12,540 nt of DNA, from positions 1 through 12,540 of the forward strand of contig JAEOTM010000059.1 of the NCBI GenBank assembly GCA_016839815.1, given 5' to 3'. This document shows positions 7,945 to 12,540 of this stretch, one piece after another (the stretch's first letter is position 1; each line of letters begins with the position of its first letter). The DNA is from Candidatus Hodarchaeota archaeon (GTDB lineage: Archaea; Asgardarchaeota; Heimdallarchaeia; Hodarchaeales; Hodarchaeaceae). A model generated the notes under the pieces. The model made no database searches and was not told the origin of the DNA. It saw nothing but the letters and a program-made list of their open reading frames with translations. The position numbers and the translations under genes were made by a program.

Positions 7945-8649
7945 ATGGTTTTACATGCCCCTTCAATACATTTTCATATTGGTGCTTGGTTCGTAACAGC
8001 ACTTTGCACAACACTTGTATTAATCATTAATTTATTCAAACAAAAGAATTTCTTGAACTTTCAAGACAGGGTAAGTGAGGAAACCATCCAGAATCTAGAT
8101 TTTGCAGCTCATATTGGTGGTATTATTGGTCTAGGAGGAATTCTGGTGGCTGGATACCTCGGATTGATAGATGCTTCTGGAGTAGACTTTCACATAGCAG
8201 TCTCAAGTATTGAAGAAATATTTACCACAGTTCTTTTCTTTTTTGATTTTGGCGTACCCCTTCAAGGATTGGAAAAGTCAATTAATCAACCACAATTGGG
8301 ATATAAAGTCGTATGGACGGTGGTAGGGATGCAACTATATTTCATATCGGGGATTATTAGATTTTATTTTGTTACACTTAAGAAAAATAAAATATCAGAT
8401 ATTCACTTAGGTATTCAGTCGATTTATAGTGGCGCTGCCGTATTGGGGTTTATTATGATGGTCTCGATATCTGCTACCGGAGGAATCTATACCTTCAATG
8501 AATCATTTCTTACAGACTTGCCAATATTAAATAATTTGTTAGCAGGTTCGAATGTACCTCTTCTACAAATATTAACTGTTTTCTTTGGGATTTTTGTTTT
8601 AGCTATGATACTATTCGTCATTGTTTCAACAAAGAGATCAGAGAAATAA
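7945..8649 (+). CDS. Multi-pass membrane protein, DUF2231-like (His-rich N-terminus)
   Basis: N-terminal LHAPSIHFHIG resembles the LHPxxVHFPIA motif. It also has AGYLG, a late SATGGIY motif and about 5-6 hydrophobic helices. AGGA lies upstream of the ATG. Confidence 0.6.
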   Translation: MVLHAPSIHFHIGAWFVTALCTTLVLIINLFKQKNFLNFQDRVSEETIQNLDFAAHIGGIIGLGGILVAGYLGLIDASGVDFHIAVSSIEEIFTTVLFFFDFGVPLQGLEKSINQPQLGYKVVWTVVGMQLYFISGIIRFYFVTLKKNKISDIHLGIQSIYSGAAVLGFIMMVSISATGGIYTFNESFLTDLPILNNLLAGSNVPLLQILTVFFGIFVLAMILFVIVSTKRSEK

Positions 8650-8782
8650 GGAGTTCGATCAGGTTTTTGAACAAGATAATAAAAAAGAGGATTCTTAACT
8701 TCAAAGCATTTAACACCAATATTGTTGCAGGTAAGAATATTAAAATACAGTTTTCCATTTCAACTTCAGGGTTCGGCCTGAT

Positions 8783-10714
8783 ATGAAAGAAACTCTCAAA
8801 GTTTTTGATATTCTTAGTCAAGAAATTCGCTTTGAAGTTGTAAAGCAGCTTAATTTCAGTAGAAAGTCCTTTTCGGAATTATTAGCATGCTTTGAGGGTA
8901 TTAGAAGTAATAAATTTAGTTTTCATATTAAAAAACTAGTTGAATCAAACTTAATACAGAAGAAGGAATCATATTACGAACTTACTGAATTTGGAATTAC
9001 TACCCTAAAGTTCATAGAAGCCTATGAAATGGATCAAATAGATTATATTCAACTTTCTGGAGCAGGATCAGTTGTCGGTTCAGAAGTACGCATTACCAGT
9101 GGCCTATTGTCTGAACCAATTTCTCTTCCTAAAAGACCAGATGAATTACCACCTAGCATACGATCATTTAATTTTTTTGTAGGAAAAAATACACCAATGA
9201 TGGAAGAAAACATATTTCTTCCTTTACCAGAACCAATAGAACAGTCAATTTCACCTCGTGAATGGATCAAACAATTTATTAAACCATTAGATGCATTATT
9301 GGGAGAAGATTACTCTAAAAAATGGTTAGAAGATCGTCTATTAAAATTAGCATATGGAACACGGGGATTACAAGATTTTTGCTTAATGGATGCATCGTTA
9401 TCCGTACCCCCTCTCAAATCTTTGATTCAACCGATGCAAGAAGTTCTAAAGACTCGCGGAAAAGCAGGCCTATTTGCTACAACAGGGATGGGGAAGAGTC
9501 GGTTATTGTTATATATTGCGAGTTGGTGGGTGCGTTTATTCCAGACACCAGTTTTATTTATTGAGAATCCCAAAGATATGGGTGAGGTAGAGTGGGATTC
9601 CCTGTTTTCTATTTTATTAAGTAATATGTCAAAAGAGAGAGAAACTCCTAGATGGCTTGTTATAATTGAAGATGTGCACTTGGTCCCATTCGAAATTCTT
9701 GAAAAAATCCAGAAATTGGTCACTGATGCAGGGACACAATCATGGTCAGTTCTCATTGCATTCACACAGTCAGTGATACAGAGTTCCCCACAATCCGCAC
9801 CAGGAAAGCAAGAATTTCTCGCATTAGTAGAAAAATTACAACTGGAATTACAACCTCTTGAAGTTGCTCTTCAATTCGATTTAAACAGCATTTGGGATGA
9901 TTGGCGTCCATATTTTTCTGAATGGGTGAAATGGGTCGGACTCGATGTTCTTGTTACCATTATTCCATGGACTAATCGACCTTCTGAACCCTACAAAACA
10001 TTCGAGTCACCTTGGGCAATGGTTGTTTCTTTGGGTTTTTTGAAAGTCGCTTTGGCAAATTTACAAAAATCTGTCATTGATAATACATTCCCGCTTGTGC
10101 TTTATTCATTAATTTCACTATTGTATTCATTACGCGGTGAAAAAAAAATCTTGCAACTCAAACTAATCTTATTTCTTGAAAATACGTTTAAACAAGAATT
10201 AACTGAATTATATCCTGAAGGAGATTGGAAAACTAAAGTTAAATCCACAGTAGCTCATTGGACAAATCCTTTCATTAGATTATTACCCCCTATAAAGTAT
10301 GAGAGTTCATCTAGTAGCCTTAAAAAACTTGAAATTATTTCCTTTTATCACCAAGAGTGGGCTACAGAAGTATGTAAGATCATTCTTGATCCAAGATCGT
10401 CAGATATCTATTCTTTTCTCAAACGAAAATTCGAGACCCTTGTTCCATCTGTATACACGATTTGGGAATCGATAAATCAAGTAAATATTGACAAACCAAT
10501 AGATTTTTTTCATTGGCTTTGCCTTAATACACGCTTCGAATTGAATAATGAGGGTAAATTAGTATTAATACATTTAAAACTTGATCCTGACGATGTTAAG
10601 AATTTAGGGGAAAATTTAGAACTAAAAATAGGGTCAAAGAATCTAAATAATGTCCAATTGTTGAATTGGACTTTTATCAAGAATGTAGTGGCAAATTACA
10701 AGCAATATGGGTAG
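8783..10714 (+). CDS. Winged-helix (ArsR-like) + P-loop NTPase protein, STAND-like putative regulator
   Basis: N-terminal FDILSQEIRFEVVKQL...SFSELL...SNKFSFHIKKLVESNLIQK...YELTEFG (wHTH). Walker A ATTGMGKS and Walker B WLVIIEDVH. Confidence 0.7.
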   Translation: MKETLKVFDILSQEIRFEVVKQLNFSRKSFSELLACFEGIRSNKFSFHIKKLVESNLIQKKESYYELTEFGITTLKFIEAYEMDQIDYIQLSGAGSVVGSEVRITSGLLSEPISLPKRPDELPPSIRSFNFFVGKNTPMMEENIFLPLPEPIEQSISPREWIKQFIKPLDALLGEDYSKKWLEDRLLKLAYGTRGLQDFCLMDASLSVPPLKSLIQPMQEVLKTRGKAGLFATTGMGKSRLLLYIASWWVRLFQTPVLFIENPKDMGEVEWDSLFSILLSNMSKERETPRWLVIIEDVHLVPFEILEKIQKLVTDAGTQSWSVLIAFTQSVIQSSPQSAPGKQEFLALVEKLQLELQPLEVALQFDLNSIWDDWRPYFSEWVKWVGLDVLVTIIPWTNRPSEPYKTFESPWAMVVSLGFLKVALANLQKSVIDNTFPLVLYSLISLLYSLRGEKKILQLKLILFLENTFKQELTELYPEGDWKTKVKSTVAHWTNPFIRLLPPIKYESSSSSLKKLEIISFYHQEWATEVCKIILDPRSSDIYSFLKRKFETLVPSVYTIWESINQVNIDKPIDFFHWLCLNTRFELNNEGKLVLIHLKLDPDDVKNLGENLELKIGSKNLNNVQLLNWTFIKNVVANYKQYG

Positions 10715-10731
10715 GATTCATTCCGAGGCTT

Positions 10732-11367
10732 TTAAAATGAGCAAAAATAACTCACATGATCGTTAGTGACTTTTTTACCAATTAATCCCATATCTTGAAG
10801 AGATTCTAAATTGTTAACTGTATCTTCGATGCTCTTTTCACTTTCAGAGGCGATTTCTTCGACATTCCCCTCCTTTAAAGCTATCATTGCTAGTGCAGTG
10901 GGTTGTAAGTGAGATGGTAGCTGATACAATTCGCCAGAACTAAATTTTTTTGTGGGGATTATCATCTTAGAATTATCAATAGTTAGCTCTTCTCTCACGA
11001 TTTCGTTAATTGTATCACTAAATGGTTGGAAAGTGTTAAGATCGAGTGAATCTTTGATCAGCTGTTCTCCAAAATCTTTCATGAATTGTATACCCAATCG
11101 GTGGAGCACATTTTCTGGAGTCTCAGGTAAATCTGTTACTAAAACAATTTGGTATTGGCCAAATGATTTGAAGTGATAGGATAAATTATCAATTTTAATA
11201 CTTTTTAAACCAGATTTACCTTGGCTTAATTCAGTAGCGACCCCTTGAAGAGCAGTCATTAATCCTGCTAACAACATTTCATTGGGAATAGTCTCAGCGG
11301 ACTGAAAAGTTTCCGAAACAAGTGGTCTTCCATCCATTGAAATGACATAAACTGCATAAGCAATCAT
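10732..11367 (-). CDS. Longin-like domain fused to a C-terminal winged helix-turn-helix
   Basis: N-terminal beta-beta-alpha-beta-beta-beta-alpha-alpha pattern: YAVYVISMDGRPLVS / LLAGLMTALQGVATEL / LKSIKIDNLSYHF / IVLVTD / LHRLGIQFMKDF / FQPFSDTINEIV. C-terminal LPSHLQPTALAM...NVEEIASES...TVNNLESLQDMGLIGKK...VSYF (wHTH). Confidence 0.65.
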   Translation of the reverse strand: MIAYAVYVISMDGRPLVSETFQSAETIPNEMLLAGLMTALQGVATELSQGKSGLKSIKIDNLSYHFKSFGQYQIVLVTDLPETPENVLHRLGIQFMKDFGEQLIKDSLDLNTFQPFSDTINEIVREELTIDNSKMIIPTKKFSSGELYQLPSHLQPTALAMIALKEGNVEEIASESEKSIEDTVNNLESLQDMGLIGKKVTNDHVSYFCSF

Positions 11368-12210
11368 TCAGTTGTTGTCTCCGAATAGGTTATTAGCTAA
11401 TTCTTTGATAATCTTAGAAATGATATGGTCTGGTTTGTCTAGTGTGTGAATCATTCTTCTTGTAGGGTTTCCTTCTAGAGTTTTTATTGCTGTTTCGAAT
11501 TCAGTTTTGTATAAGTCCAGATCATTCGGTATCCATCCCATGAAATCTACAGTTTTATCACCAAGATCTTTTTTAAGCAGATTCTCAATCAATTTTTGAA
11601 AATGTTCTTTTCTAATTTGGTCATTTAAAAAGTCTGAGGGAATTTGATTAGCAATAATTTTTGTTCTACTTTTAAGTTGTTTATGTAATCCTTCAATCAT
11701 GTGTGAGGTTCCAATAATATCAGCATTTGTTACTTTAACCATAAAGAGTATAATTTCTGTAATGACCATTACATTGATGGTTGAAAACCCTGTCCCAGGT
11801 GAACAATCAAGAATTAGGTAATCGATGGAATATGGCTCCTCTCGTAACATACTCTTCATTTTCATGAGATAATGGAGCATTTTCATTGAAGTGTTTTGAT
11901 CAAGACGGATTACATTCTGGATTGATTCTGGTGTGGGATCAGCAAATGCAACTAGCAATTTTCCTGATAAGGCTAAATCGTTACTTAAATCCTGTAAACA
12001 TTCCTCGAGAGAAGAATCACCTGTTAGAAAACTGTTAATCCAATGGATCTCCGATTTGGGAGTAAAGAAAGTTAAGATTGAAGGTCCATGAAAATCACTA
12101 TCGATTAGGCAAATATTTTTACCCTCTGCTGCTAAATGAATGGCTAAATTTACCGCTAAACTTGTTTTACCAACTCCACCTTTGTGTGATAATATTGCCA
12201 ATGATTTCAA
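11368..12210 (-). CDS. MinD/ParA-family (SIMIBI) ATPase
   Basis: Deviant Walker A SHKGGVGKTS, LIDSDF, Walker B YLILDCSPG and IIANQI. TTG start with a GGAGGA SD upstream. Confidence 0.9.
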   Translation of the reverse strand: MKSLAILSHKGGVGKTSLAVNLAIHLAAEGKNICLIDSDFHGPSILTFFTPKSEIHWINSFLTGDSSLEECLQDLSNDLALSGKLLVAFADPTPESIQNVIRLDQNTSMKMLHYLMKMKSMLREEPYSIDYLILDCSPGTGFSTINVMVITEIILFMVKVTNADIIGTSHMIEGLHKQLKSRTKIIANQIPSDFLNDQIRKEHFQKLIENLLKKDLGDKTVDFMGWIPNDLDLYKTEFETAIKTLEGNPTRRMIHTLDKPDHIISKIIKELANNLFGDNN

Positions 12211-12216
12211 TCTAAA

Positions 12217-12222
12217 TCCTCC
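12217..12222 (-). promoter_or_regulatory. Shine-Dalgarno GGAGGA for the MinD/ParA gene
   Basis: The minus strand reads TTTGGAGGATTTAGA-TTG(12210), which supports the TTG start. Confidence 0.6.
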
Positions 12223-12540
12223 AAATATTCATAATAAATTTGAATTCATGAATTGTAACTAAAAAATCTTTGTCCTGAATTTCGATCTATTTTGGATAAA
12301 CCAACTATCTTGATAGAAAAACGTTAATTATTAATTAGTACACAATTGATCTTTCTTGAAAAATTGAAAGTTAATATGAATTTAATGTTTTACTCAATAA
12401 AAATTGACCAGCTGGATACTTCTCTATAGAATGAGAGTAACTAGAGGTTAATATCAATGAATTAGACGAATTATTCATTGTTCTAAAGGATCAATACCAG
12501 ATATTACTATAGAAATTGGTAATTTACGAAATAGAAGTGA

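Noticed and set aside
10735-10746. C-terminal FCSF of the longin-wHTH protein as a CaaX prenylation signal
   Set aside because: The Cys is third from the end rather than fourth, and it lies in the wHTH wing strand.
6138-11176. Small alternative ORFs 6138-6329, 6302-6484, 8618-8821, 9049-9270, 9322-9564, 9427-9765 and 10952-11176
   Set aside because: They overlap longer credible CDSs and have no recognisable features. ORF 8618-8821 overlaps both of its neighbours in antisense.
11368-12210. Canonical MinD (cell division), Mrp/ApbC or SegA call
   Set aside because: There is no adjacent minC/minE or segB/parB, no CxxC motif of Mrp/Nbp35, and no obvious extra C-terminal membrane-targeting helix.
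12211-12540. Coding region, ncRNA or replication origin in the AT-rich right end
   Set aside because: Only short frames without support were found, and I recognised no tRNA fold, ORB boxes or iterated repeats. A gene entering from beyond the window edge cannot be excluded.
1-12540. CRISPR array, IS element, integrase, rRNA or tRNA
   Set aside because: No regularly spaced repeats, terminal inverted repeats, transposase/integrase motifs or GC-rich structured RNA segments were seen by eye.

Overview
AT-rich (about 35% GC by eye), gene-dense prokaryotic window that is most likely archaeal. A longin-like protein, an AGGTGG ribosome-binding site and a TATA-like element point to an Asgard archaeon (Heimdallarchaeia-like; this is inference). 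The left half (1-6709) is an amino-acid/2-oxoacid catabolic neighbourhood. A 2-oxoacid:ferredoxin oxidoreductase beta subunit and an FMN alpha-hydroxy-acid dehydrogenase (+) converge on a minus-strand run of Ser/Thr dehydratase, SPL-like radical SAM, alpha/beta hydrolase, ornithine cyclodeaminase/mu-crystallin and class I/II aminotransferase genes. The right half holds three poorly characterised modules: (i) a membrane-anchored Ig + DOMON-like protein next to a His-rich DUF2231-like membrane protein, a candidate split 'CYBDOM-like' trans-membrane electron-transfer pair; (ii) a wHTH + P-loop NTPase (STAND-like) protein; (iii) a MinD/ParA ATPase directly abutting a longin-wHTH fusion, a candidate undescribed NTPase-switch/positioning system. 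No RNA genes, CRISPR arrays or mobile elements were recognised. All domain calls come from motif recognition by eye, not from database searches.
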